Below are positions 42,004 through 53,950 of a stretch of 64,000 nucleotides of DNA, one piece after another. The DNA comes from Octopus bimaculoides (taxonomy: Eukaryota): the NCBI RefSeq assembly GCF_001194135.2, contig NC_068983.1, positions 33,950,178 through 34,014,177 of the forward strand, read 5' to 3'. Position 1 is the stretch's first letter, and the number at the start of each line of letters is the position of its first letter. A program made the position numbers and the translations under genes. The notes under the pieces were generated by a model that was not told where the DNA came from, did no database searches, and saw nothing but the letters and a program-made list of their open reading frames with translations.

Positions 42004-44617
42004 ATAAGGATAAGATCGATATTTAAAATATTGATTTTATCAAGTGGCTAGCATGGGAATAAAAACCGTCGANNNNNNNNNNNNNNNNNNNNNNNNNNNN
42101 NNNNNNNNNNNNNNNNNNNNNNNNNNNNNNNNNNNNNNNNNNNNNNNNNNNNNNNNNNNNNNNNNNNNNNNNNNNNNNNNNNNNNNNNNNNNNNNNNNNN
42201 NNNNNNNNNNNNNNNNNNNNNNNNNNNNNNNNNNNNNNNNNNNNNNNNNNNNNNNNNNNNNNNNNNNNNNNNNNNNNNNNNNNNNNNNNNNNNNNNNNNN
42301 NNNNNNNNNNNNNNNNNNNNNNNNNNNTATATATACACAGCTATTTTTCACTGTGTGCATATATTTGCTTGCTCGTGTGCCTGTATATACATATATATAT
42401 GTGTGTGCGTGTGTGTGTGTGTGTGTTTGAATGTGCGTGTTTCTTCTGAATCGAATACTTGTTTCCGAACATAACCTTCTTTTTCGCTAGTTATGTATAT
42501 GTGTGTGTTGCAAGACAATTGACGCCATATCATCCCTTATGATCTTATACATAAATCCACCACTAAGATGAACGTAACCAACGTATACATTATACTGTAT
42601 ATTATATAATTTATATTTATAATATACAATGTGCAGCTATATAAGTGGTGGATTGGATTAATCGTTAGACAAATGTATTTTTCAGCTCTTTTCGTTATGT
42701 GTTCAAGTACCTCCGACGTCAAAGATGCCATTTTATCCCTCCAGCTTCCATAAAATGAAGAACCAATCAAGTACAGTGGACGATGTAATCGACTTGCCTT
42801 GTCTCCTTAGAAATGACCGACATTGTGTCTACATATGAAAATATTAAGACTGAATTGAAGGCATTTACGTTCTAAGTTCGAAACTCACTAAAACCAAACA
42901 CTTCTTTCACATTCTTTAGGATATACAAAAATCATTGAATAATTACCAACACTCCTCATCCAAATATCACGCCACGTGACAATATCACAAACCATTATTG
43001 CTATTGTCGTTTTGGTACTTTAATAATTGTTTATGCAAAAGTAGATACTGTCTGTGTGATATGATAAAAGAACCTTCTGACAGCTGCAACTGAGTGGCTA
43101 AAACAGTTAGACGACTTTACCTCCAACTGACAACCCCAGCTGCGTAACCTGTCATTGAAGCTACGTTGTATCATTCTGAATCAAGATATTTTACTCATGT
43201 TAGCCTAGATAATCTATACTGAGAGAGTATAATGAACAACTAACCGCGAGATACAGAATGAGATTCATGTGAAACGTAAACACAGTGGCACACATAATGA
43301 ATAGTTACATTAACCCTAGTATATTGTCTTTTTTTAAAATTATCTAGAAGGATAAATGCGGCTTTTATGACTACTCCCACGTGGCCTCTGTGACTTTTGG
43401 AATTAATGAGGGTATTTTATCTGAGTTGTTCTTGTAACAAATTTCTCCTTGCAACAAAATGGACTCAGGAAAAGTCAGCCAACGACTATACGGTAGGTTT
43501 AGATTAAACATGGTAACGTATTAAGCCTATTTCAGCGATATTATTATTACGAAACATATAACGATGGAAAGCAAAACTGAGATCGGGGAGATTTAAACTC
43601 TGAAATTAACGCCACATAACAAAATGCTGCCGAGGATATTTTTTCTCCAAAGATTCTATCGATTCAGCTATATGTAAATAAAAAGTTGATTTCTTAGTTT
43701 GGGGGCTAGAACAGAATTTCTCTTTATGTGCAAAATCTGACTGGTAGCGGTGTTCAGTTCATGATCATAAGTTATGTGTTCATTTTGTGGTCCTAGTGTT
43801 GCATTGCGTATTTCATCAATGCATTTAATTTCGCTCCCCGCAGTATTCTCATTTTTAGTGTCTACCAAATGGTAGATGGTGGAACCTTCTATCAGTTCAA
43901 CAGCGATATCTGGCATGTTCCTTTGAGTCGAGAATGAGACGTTCCAGAGGAAGGAAGGCCGCTAGCTGTTCACAACTACATGGGCAATTAGTAAAAGTAA
44001 AATAAACATTACTAGGCTATACTCTATCACGAATAACTGACTACGATCTATATTCCATTAGTATATAATTTTATCAGACTAGCAAATGAAAGACACAGTT
44101 GGCCTCGGTAAGGATTGAACAATAACTAACTAAATAACACAAGACATATGGTTTAATCTAACACTCAACCATATTGCCATCCTATTTTGATATACAAATA
44201 ATGGTATTATTGAACAATACTACAAAGCCTAAATTTTCCAGGAAGAGAAGTCATTTTTATCGACCTAACCCATTGATTGGTATTTTTCTTTTCTCACCCA
44301 AACTATCTACAAAAGAATGAAATGTAAAGTTAAGTATAAAATAACGGTTTAAAAATTTGTCACAAGGGCAGTAATCTTGGAGAAAGACATCTTCAGCCCC
44401 TATTTCTGGACTGATATTTAATTTATCTGTGAAAGCATGAAAAGCAAATCGGCCTCCAGGAATTTCTGCTCAGAATGTAAAAACCAGAAGTGCTACATTT
44501 TGTCTCACGCGAAAACGTTGCCAACATGCAGCCTTCTTAGAGCATAGAATATCATTCACGCCTTCGAGAAGACCCCTGCACACACAAAGACACACCAACT
44601 TATCCATGTACATAACT

Positions 44618-44660
<43 letters not shown>

Positions 44661-44661
44661 C

Positions 44662-44731
<70 letters not shown>

Positions 44732-45461
44732 ATATATATTCATACACATAGACACACAGATAAGTACAAATATACGCATATACACGCACAACCATACACA
44801 CATACACAAATACATCACTTACACAAAGGCATATACGCACACACACACACGCAGAAAGACACGAAATGACACGCACACAAACAATGCACACACATACACA
44901 CATGCCTGCACACGCGATCATGCACACACACACACGTACAAATATATATAATTGTTTTCGAATAACAAAATTGGACATCTTGAACAATTTTCTTTTTAGA
45001 TAGTTGGCAATGTCAGCAAGCAATTTTGAGACATTCCGGTTCAGAAGTAGTTTAATTTTGTTCTAGCTCCATTTTATTCTAATGTTTATTTTACTTAGTT
45101 TTCTCATATATCACTTAGTAAGGAGTTTTATGTTGTTTTCTTATTGGTTTAGCCTTTTATATATGTGCTTCTTTGTTATACAATCTATGTTTAATCAATG
45201 TTGCGCTAAAGGCCTTGAATGGAGAACGTAACATAAAAAAAATAATTATATACAAATACAACATCTGACAGATTTTTGGCACATGTTATGTTTTCTGAGT
45301 CAATGGCGACAATATAATAAGATGCATTTTGGTGTCCTGAGATGTAATAAATATCATCGTTCCTTCCACTATAGTTAAGCAACGTCAGAATACAAAACTG
45401 TAGTTTTGCGACAAAGCCCTCAATGTTTAAAAATAATAATAATGATACTACTACAACAACA

Positions 45462-45521
<60 letters not shown>

Positions 45522-45637
45522 NNNNNNNNNNCCACCACCACCAACACCACCACCACCACCACCACCACTACTACGGATCCAACTTGTACAAATGCAAAGC
45601 AAAAGTCAAACATAAAATAATAATGATACTAATAATA

Positions 45638-46206
45638 ATCTTCGAATCAGGTCTCGCCTTACTGGTTTTGAGAGGCCTAATTTCTCAAGATTGTTATTTA
45701 GGTAGTGTGGTACATATCCCAGTGCCCCAATAATTGCAGGTATAAACCTGAACTTGTGATGTGGAGAGAGGAACTGCAGATTTCCCAATAGCTCAGCGTG
45801 GGTATTCTCTGTTTCACTGATCTTCAGTTTTATGTTAACGTTTGCTGGGTAGCTGATTTCCACAACTACAGTTTCTCTTCCTTGTCGCAAATCATTATTT
45901 CAGGTCTATTGTGTTTAAATTGTATTGAGGTTTTCACTGGGACTTTCCACCAGAACTCGATTTTATTGTGAATGGTTATGGCTGCTACCATACTGTTGGT
46001 TCTTATTTCTTGGCCTCGGATATCATTATACAGTTTCCTAGCTACAACAACATGTGATGAAATTTTCGGACAACTGCCTATGACATGGCTGATATCTTTG
46101 GTGTTAACTCCACAAAGTCTTCATCAGTTGTCATATTTTACTGCTTTTCCTGCCTGTCTATCCCTTTTGTGCATCAAGCATTTGGTTTATATATCTTGTT
46201 CTTCGA
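45638..46206 (-). mobile_element. R4/Dong-type non-LTR retrotransposon fragment (CCHC knuckle plus restriction-like endonuclease)
   Basis: Minus strand gives RLCGVNTKDISHVIGSCP (CCHC knuckle, first Cys lost), FWWKVP...KHNRPEIMI (PD motif), VVEISYPANVNIKLKISETE and FIPAIIGALGYV. Confidence 0.8.
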
Positions 46207-46659
46207 TTGTATGAATGAATGTATGTATGTATGTATGCATGTATGTATGTATGTATGTATGTATGTATGTATGTATCCATGTATGTGTTTACGTATGTGT
46301 GTATGTATATGTATATGTGTGTGTGTTTGTATGCTATGTGTATAAGAGCGTTTGCCGTATAAGAATTAATAACTTCAGCGCTTCATTCTTACATGAACGT
46401 TTTCGGTATCGACGTTTTACTCTAGATATACGAAGCTTAAAACGCAGAATGTTTGCGACTAGAACCTAGGATTATAAAGTGCATAAACTCTTTTACATTT
46501 AATAAATCACTCACACCATAACTGTGAGTGTCGATTTTGCTTAGCTAATGAAATCATTTCACTCAACGAGTTTGAAATCTTCGGTTATGAATTGTGTTCT
46601 TCAGATGAATATGAAAATGAAAGCTTTAACAGATGTTGATTTTGTGATTTGAAGTTATT

Positions 46660-46860
46660 GTATTTTTCAACGCTGCCGAAGTTTCGATATGTTATTCAGT
46701 GCAAAGAAAACTAAATGCATGACTATTGATAAAGAGAACGCTGCCTACCATTTATTCCAGCGAATGCCTACCACTGACAGATATCAGGTATTCAAGTACT
46801 TTGGAGCCTATGTTGCTGACAGTAAGAAACGTTTTTGACCTGAAGTGCTTATAACAAGCT
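46660..46860 (+). mobile_element. Short LINE RT remnant (RTE-like)
   Basis: FDMLFSAKKTKCM...VFKYFGAYV resembles the GL.IN..KTK.M / FKYLGS motifs of RT domains 6-7. Confidence 0.5.
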
Positions 46861-47094
46861 TCAAAACGTTTTGCAATTATGTGTTTTAAAGGCAATAAGG
46901 ATGTTCTTCATCAGGGCATGTGTAGATAGCATTTTCTTCTCTCTAGGAAAAGAACCTCAAGAATGATAAAGAAGTGTTTCAAGTACACATTGAAACGCCA
47001 ATCGTCTGTGCGTTTCTTTCCTGCTTTCTCGTTTTGTCACTTTCACATGCACGCACACACAGACACGGATAGACACACACTCACACACACACAT

Positions 47095-47140
<46 letters not shown>

Positions 47141-47297
47141 ACAAACGTACTAACATAGGTAGACATATAAAGATATCTGCATGAAAATCTATATATGTAA
47201 GTATATCCATAAGTATGTATGTATGTATGTATGTATGTATGTATGCATGTATGTGTGTGTGTGTGTGTGTATGTATATATGTATGTGTTTGCACATG

Positions 47298-47513
47298 AAG
47301 GCGGCGAGCTGGCAGAAACGTTAGCAAGCCGGGCCAAATGCTTAGCAGTATTTCGTCTGACTTTACATTCTGAGTTCAAATTCCGCCAAGGCCGACTTAG
47401 CCTTTCATCCTTTTGGCGTTGATAAATTAAGTGCCTGTTGCGTACTGGGGTTGCTCTAATCGACTGCCCCTTCCCCCAAAATTTCAGGCCTTGTACCTAA
47501 AGTAGAAATGAAT
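47298..47513 (+). mobile_element. SINE family B, full length
   Basis: aaggcggcgagctggcagaaacgttagc head, B-box gagttcaaattcc, central cctttcatccttttggcgttgataaattaag block, tail ccttgtacctaaagtagaaatgaat. Confidence 0.85.
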
Positions 47514-48039
47514 ATTGAAAGTTTTAAGCGGAAGACATACTGATGTTTATAATAATAATAATGTCAACAGCAACAACAATAGCAACAGCTTTGGCCAAGA
47601 ACCTTGTGAGAATGTTGTGGAGAAAATTAGAAAGTTTCGGAGATTTCGAAACTAAAATAAGGTGAAAACAGTGTAAATTATATTGGAAGTACCAGGTGTG
47701 AAAACGTAGGAATAGAAATATTCAAAGAGCATCGAGGCTCCCAGTACTACACAAAGTCTAAAAATAACCTTGATATGTTATCACGCACAATACCCTATTG
47801 CAATAAAATTTCACTCCTTACCACAATTCAGCGCAACTGATTCACTTTTGATATTTTTACACTTGCTCATAGAATTTCATAGTATTTTATGTTATACCTT
47901 ACGTGTACCCCCATATCCCCATGTACCTCACACCCTGTGTTCATCACTGGACATATTTGATAACGTAAGCAAGCATTATTAAAATAGAGAATGAAAGATT
48001 AATGTCGTCAGAAATAAGTAAAATTTGAACATTTAAAAC

Positions 48040-48600
48040 ATATATAGACCAATAGAAAAGATCTCAGTGTCCCATCTGTCGCCGGAACCTGGATTTTATG
48101 GCAACCGACCTATAGAATAACACAGCTCACAGCACATACATTCAACAGAATCACCATCAAATCAATATAGCACATACTCAACATAATTCAACCAAATTAA
48201 AAGGAAAGACAAAGGATAAAAAGAAAAATGTTCGTGTTATGAGAAAATACAAACAAATATGCAGATAAAATATGACGACTATTTAAAGATGAAGCTGGAT
48301 TTTCAAAATATACTAAGGTGAGAAAAATATTGACGTGGCCAAACGACTATAAATCTCAAAAGCATGTTAGAATGATAGTCATAATAAGCACAAAGACTCT
48401 TGGCTAAAATCAAAGAGACGTCTGATTTTAGTCGCACAGTATCAAAGCCTAACATTTTCACAATCGCTTTACCCCAACAGGTCCAGCTCTCTTTAATATT
48501 ATATCAAAATACATCAAGACAGAAACAGATCCCATAAAATTCAAAAGTTCTCTGGACAAATTTCTCCAAAAAATCCCGGACCAACCACCTACGCCCGGAG
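48040..48600 (+). mobile_element. Heavily decayed CR1/L2-type LINE remnant
   Basis: EKDLSV near 48055 and GPALFNIISKYIKTETDPIKFKSSLDKFLQKIPDQPPTPG at about 48480-48600, typical of the RT C-terminus. Confidence 0.7.
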
Positions 48601-48923
48601 TGGGAATGAACCCGGAACCATGTGGTTGGTAAGCAAGCTCCTTACCGCACATTCAATCCTACGCCTGCAAGAAATATTCGAGTATATTTGGCATTATCGA
48701 GTATGTCGAAACATCTACCAGGAAACGGTTAATGATAAAAACATATATCAAGTACATAGGTGCAAAACGATATTGAAGACACTATTACTCGGGTACCAAA
48801 GGTATTTTATTGGAACCACAAGAAGAAGAAAAAGAGAGAAATCTTCTCAAACTGTTGCATGGGGTTTCACGTAATAAGATGGTTGTGATAATTCAGGTAG
48901 ATATGCGTCAGTCTGGGCTATCA

Positions 48924-48973
48924 CCGCTCTCTGATGAACAGTTGTGGGAAACTCCGTGTGGCAGTTTAAGCGG
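48924..48973 (+). ncRNA. Decayed type I hammerhead-like motif
   Basis: CCGCU..CUGAUGA..GAAA-CUCC-GUGU-GG(C)AG-UU..AGCGG; core exact, stem II weak. Confidence 0.35.
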
Positions 48974-49024
48974 GTTTTTTTTTAATGCTTGAAACAGAAT
49001 AATACTATTAACGATAATAATAAT

Positions 49025-49290
49025 AATGGTTTCAAATTTTGCCAAAAGGTCTGCCAATTTGAGGGACGGGATGAGTCAATTACCTCAACCCCAGTGTTTC
49101 ACTGGTACATAATTTACCGACTCCGAAGGATGAAAAGGAAGGTCGACCTCGGTGGAATTTGAACTCAGAACATAGCGACAGACGACATTCTGCTAAGCAC
49201 TTCGCCCGGCGTGCTAAAGATTCTGCCAGCTCACCGCCTTAATGATGATAATAATTATCCTTTCTACTATAGGCACAAGGCCCGAAATAA
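49025..49290 (-). mobile_element. SINE family B copy plus extra tail
   Basis: gaaggatgaaaaggaaggtcgacctcggtggaatttgaactcagaac...ctcaccgcctt. Confidence 0.8.
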
Positions 49291-49552
49291 TAATAATGAC
49301 GGTTTCAAAAATTAATGATATAAATGATGCTGATATGAAAATAAATAAATAAATAAATTGATATATATATATNNNNNNNNNNNNNNNNNNNNNNNNNNNN
49401 NNNNNNNNNNNNNNNNNNNNNNNNNNNNNNNNNNNNNNNNNNNNNNNNNNNNNNNNNNNNNNNNNNNNNNNNNNNNNNNNNNNNNNNNNNNNNNNNNNNN
49501 NNNNNNNNNNNNNNNNNNNNNNNNNNNNNNNNNNNNNNNNNNNNNNNNNNNN

Positions 49553-49589
<37 letters not shown>

Positions 49590-49810
49590 GTATGTGTGTG
49601 TGGGTGTCTTTTTTGTCTACTGTTGTCCCGCACTAGTACTCAACATCCGGAGTTGGTGTGTTTGCGTCCCAGTAACTTAGCGCTTGGGCAATAGTGACCG
49701 CAAGAATAAATACGTGCTGAAGTTAATTCTACTGAAATTCCTCATGGTAGTTTCCCAGTATGGCCTCAGTCAGATGACTGAACCAAGTCAAAACAAGTAA
49801 AAACAAGTGT
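49590..49810 (+). mobile_element. SINE family A, 3' half
   Basis: ggtgtgtttgcgtcccagtaacttagcg...ccagtatggcctcagtcagatgactgaac. Confidence 0.7.
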
Positions 49811-50059
49811 ATGTAGGTATACATAAAAACACAAATACACACGCGCACGCACACACATACACATACACTCCCAGCTCCCCACACACACATGCACACTCAC
49901 ACACATACTCGCATACACACATATGTATGAATGTCACATTACCTCGTGAAACAGTAAACACTTAGCAATTATTAAGTATCATTAAGTATTTTTAGTATTA
50001 TCCTGGCTCTATTTATTTTCCCAATGACGACAGTCATGTAATATGTGTATATATAATAA

Positions 50060-50225
50060 TCCTTTCTGCTATAGGCACAAGGCCAGGAATTTTGGAGTGG
50101 CAGAGATTACGTCAATTACCTCGATCTCAGTGCATAACTGGTACTTATTTAATCGACTCCGAAAGGACGAATTGTAAAGTTCACCTTGGTGACATTTGAA
50201 CTCAGAACCTAAAGACGGACGAAAA
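50060..50225 (-). mobile_element. SINE family B partial copy
   Basis: cctttctgctataggcacaagg...actggtacttatttaatcgactccgaaaggacg...ttgaactcagaac. Confidence 0.75.
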
Positions 50226-50924
50226 GCCACAATAATGTAAACAATAGAGCCACCCTAAACCTATCTCCCTATATCTATGACCTATTTTTCTCTGCTTTTT
50301 TATATAGAACGATAGTAATAAACCAATTTCCTACGAAGCCTCTACATTCTCTAACCCTTGATAGGGAATGACGTAGATCTATTCTCGTGTAATAAAGAAC
50401 TCAACGGTAATGTTTAAAGGTACACATACATAAACACAGACACATTTATTTATACTATTTTATTGCAGCTGCAGAAAAGAAAGAAAAAAAACTAAGAACA
50501 GATCAAACTGAAGTACGGAGTTTCACGCAACTGTTCCTCAGATTGTTGTGATAGCTCAAACTGATACGTATCAATCTAAATTATCAAGACCATCTGATTA
50601 CGTGAAATTTCATGTATCACTTGCTGAATGCTCTTTTTGCTTTTCCTTTTAGTTTCTCAACGTTTGGTATTCGAGCAATATTTTTTCAACAATGTTTTAA
50701 TTTCCACCTACGTGTTTATTTGTGTGTGCCTGTATANNNNNNNNNNNNNNNNNNNNNNNNNNNNNNNNNNNNNNNNNNNNNNNNNNNNNNNNNNNNNNNN
50801 NNNNNNNNNNNNNNNNNNNNNNNNNNNNNNNNNNNNNNNNNNNNNNNNNNNNNNNNNNNNNNNNNNNNNNNNNNNNNNNNNNNNNNNNNNNTATATATCC
50901 TATATACATATGCATATAGGTTAC

Positions 50925-51190
50925 GACGACGAGTGTCGCAGTTGATACGATGTGAAATTAAAGTCCAAGTGGCTGAGCACTCCAAAGATACGTGTAACCT
51001 TAATGTAGTTCTCAGGGAAATTCACCATGAAACAGAGTGCGACAAGGCTGGCCCTTTGAAGTACAGGTACTACTCATGTTTGACAACGTAAAATAAAATG
51101 TTTTGCTCAAGGACACAATGCGTCACCGGGAATTGAACTCACGATCTTACGATCGCGGGCCAAATGCCGTAACCACTAAGCCACGCACCA
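50925..51190 (-). mobile_element. SINE family C-related copy
   Basis: gtggctgagcactcc...accttaatgtagttctc...ggctggccctttgaagtacaggtac shared with 33171-33540; tRNA head taaccactaagccacgcacc. Confidence 0.75.
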
Positions 51191-51213
51191 TCACACACAA
51201 GCACGCACCCAGC

Positions 51214-51255
<42 letters not shown>

Positions 51256-51426
51256 CGTATATATATTATAAGATATAATGATGTCAATAAGATAATAAAT
51301 GTGTCAGGTAATGCTGAGTAAGTACTATGGATAGACTATAGTTAAGGTCCAGGTTCAGTGATTATTCGAATAAGAGGTCCAACGTAGGTCATATGTTATA
51401 TTATACATACATACATATATATATAT

Positions 51427-52421
51427 NNNNNNNNNNNNNNNNNNNNNNNNNNNNNNNNNNNNNNNNNNNNNNNNNNNNNNNNNNNNNNNNNNNNNNNNNN
51501 NNNNNNNNNNNNNNNNNNNNNNNNNNNNNNNNNNNNNNNNNNNNNNNNNNNNNNNNNNNNNNNNNNNNNNNNNNNNNNNNNNNNNNNNNNNNNNNNNNNN
51601 NNNNNNNNNNNNNNNNNNNNNNNNNNNNNNNNNNNNNNNNNNNNNNNNNNNNNNNNNNNNNNNNNNNNNNNNNNNNNNNNNNNNNNNNNNNNNNNNNNNN
51701 NNNNNNNNNNNNNNNNNNNNNNNNNNNNNNNNNNNNNNNNNNNNNNNNNNNNNNNNNNNNNNNNNNNNNNNNNNNNNNNNNNNNNNNNNNNNNNNNNNNN
51801 NNNNNNNNNNNNNNNNNNNNNNNNNNNNNNNNNNNNNNNNNNNNNNNNNNNNNNNNNNNNNNNNNNNNNNNNNNNNNNNNNNNNNNNNNNNNNNNNNNNN
51901 NNNNNNNNNNNNNNNNNNNNNNNNNNNNNNNNNNNNNNNNNNNNNNNNNNNNNNNNNNNNNNNNNNNNNNNNNNNNNNNNNNNNNNNNNNNNNNNNNNNN
52001 NNNNNNNNNNNNNNNNNNNNNNNNNNNNNNNNNNNNNNNNNNNNNNNNNNNNNNNNNNNNNNNNNNNNNNNNNNNNNNNNNNNNNNNNNNNNNNNNNNNN
52101 NNNNNNNNNNNNNNNNNNNNNNNNNNNNNNNNNNNNNNNNNNNNNNNNNNNNNNNNNNNNNNNNNNNNNNNNNNNNNNNNNNNNNNNNNNNNNNNNNNNN
52201 NNNNNNNNNNNNNNNNNNNNNNNNNNNNNNNNNNNNNNNNNNNNNNNNNNNNNNNNNNNNNNNNNNNNNNNNNNNNNNNNNNNNNNNNNNNNNNNNNNNN
52301 NNNNNNNNNNNNNNNNNNNNNNNNNNNNNNNNNNNNNNNNNNNNNNNNNNNNNNNNNNNNNNNNNNNNNNNNNNNNNNNNNNNNNNNNNNNNNNNNNNNN
52401 NNNNNNNNNNNNNNNNNNNNN
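51427..52421. other. Largest assembly gap; the 17 others start at 3458, 14166, 15726, 17028, 17706, 19044, 22829, 25506, 27165, 30784, 38880, 42073, 45522, 49373, 50737, 59048 and 63131
   Basis: N runs, most flanked by (TA)n, (CA)n or (TG)n. Confidence 0.99.
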
Positions 52422-52460
<39 letters not shown>

Positions 52461-52640
52461 CACACACATATATATATACAGAGATAGATAGATAGATAGA
52501 TAGACAGAGAGAGAGAGAGAGAGAGAGAGAAAGAATATATACAACATCTATTTACGTGAAAAAACTTGTTTTTATGTTACATGCGTTTAATTATGAAACG
52601 CTTTTTTTGCATGCAAATGAATGGATTTTATAAGTGTGCA

Positions 52641-52646
52641 ACTTAC
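52641..52646 (-). other. 5' splice donor (AAG|GTAAGT), phase 0
   Basis: Plus strand acttac at 52641-52646 is the reverse complement of the perfect consensus GTAAGT and directly follows the ILRLFK codons. Confidence 0.92.
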
Positions 52647-53264
52647 CTTAAATAGTCTGAGAATGTTGGCTACCATAATGGAGACCAGGCTGGAGGCAGC
52701 CCCTATAACCCCCACGACTGATGTCTTTGGGGAATACTTTGGGGGGCTTCCGTCAGTACAGGTGTAGTCCATTGTGTTTAAGTTCCTTGCACGGATAAAA
52801 TCCATCGATTGCTCCAACGCGTAAGTGTCAAAGCTGCATGTATCTAGAATGTGCACACCGACTGAAATATTTGGTAGCAAGTTATTGTCTTTGTTAATCC
52901 TGTCCACGGCAAATAACATCGCTTCCATTCTTTGGATCCCTTTCTCTTTTTTTATACTGCCACAAGATTTGCCATCTTGTCCCTTTTCGTGCATCGGGAA
53001 CAGCCCACCGAACACAACCTGGCCGTCGATGCGAATTTTCTTTTCAGTTTCATATTTGCTACCTCCGACCCCTTCGTAAGAAGTAGTAGTGGACCGGGAA
53101 TGGCCGGAATCGCCCAAAGTTACTGAGGACAGAGTTGCTAATAGAAGTCCGCAATAGCAGTAGTAGAAGAACGAATAAAAAGGAAATGCATAAAAGGCGC
53201 ATTGTGGCGAGTTGGACGCTGAAGCGATCGTGCATACAGCCGTTGTGCTTCGCATACCAAACAT
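52647..53264 (-). CDS. GRM: Metabotropic glutamate receptor (class C GPCR, group III-like), first coding exon: signal peptide plus N-terminal Venus flytrap domain
   Basis: Translation contains [56 protein letters not shown] and [24 protein letters not shown], all hallmark mGluR motifs. ATG at 53264 has an in-frame TGA six codons upstream. Homology stops at AAG|GTAAGT (52647/52646); the last 19 aa of the listed ORF are intronic read-through. Confidence 0.96.
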
Positions 53265-53272
53265 TGCTAGAT

Positions 53273-53292
53273 CTAACAGTCAAATAAATTAT
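53273..53292 (-). other. Candidate 3' splice acceptor 8 nt upstream of the mGluR ATG, implying an upstream non-coding exon
   Basis: Minus strand reads AATTTATTTGACTGTTAG|ATCTAGCAATG: a U-rich tract ending in TAG. No transcript evidence. Confidence 0.4.
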
Positions 53293-53421
53293 ATTAATAT
53301 ATCAGCTATATTTTGTTTACGGAAGTTATATATGAACATCTAAATGTTACGTATATATACGCAATAGACTGCTTCTCGCATTTAGTATATTCTTATCATC
53401 CGTCTACAACCATCTACGGAA

Positions 53422-53490
<69 letters not shown>

Positions 53491-53619
53491 CGGACAGAAA
53501 GACTGACAGTTTAACTCATTAATGTCTAGATATATCTTGCTTTGTAATCATCACCATTCTGGATGATATACAACCGATTCTACTTCTTTCTTTAGTCTTG
53601 TTCTTGGAAATAAAATTGT

Positions 53620-53950
53620 AGTTGTGGTTGTTATTGTGGTTGTTGTTTCTGTATATATTCGTGTTGAAAATGATGATGGTGTCTGTAATAATGATGAAGA
53701 TGAGGACGGTGACGTAGCTGAGTAGCGTGGCGATGAGATTGATGATGGAGGAAGCGGTCGTGGCCGTGAAAATAATGTTGATAGATGGGATGGGTATGAA
53801 AATGCTGATGATGTAGACACTGGTGACGATACTGCGGATGATGACGCTGATGATAATGATGATGATGATGATGTGGATATGTGTGATGATGAGTATAATG
53901 GTGACGATGGTGATGATGATGATGTGGATGTTGTTGGTGGTGTGAGTACC
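53620..53950. repeat. Degenerate (GAT/GGT/GTT)n tract upstream of the mGluR ATG
   Basis: Low-complexity triplet mosaic; source of the His-rich ORFs. Confidence 0.85.

Larger units (their letters stand above)
1..52646 (-). other. Putative long mGluR intron, continuing beyond the window or to an exon hidden in a gap
   Basis: Lies downstream of the donor. The expected next exon (IPQISYAST-like) was not found by eye or in the ORF track, and the content is repeats and microsatellites. Confidence 0.65.

Noticed and set aside
46115-46135. Minus-strand CTGATGA as a hammerhead core
   Set aside because: Lies within the R4/Dong coding remnant and has no GAAA or stems.
52587-52646. Last 19 codons of the listed 225-aa ORF ([10 protein letters not shown]...)
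   Set aside because: They begin at the GTAAGT donor and lose mGluR similarity; intronic read-through.
52825-53126. Two plus-strand ORFs overlapping the mGluR exon
   Set aside because: Antisense shadows of a coding exon with no recognisable motifs.
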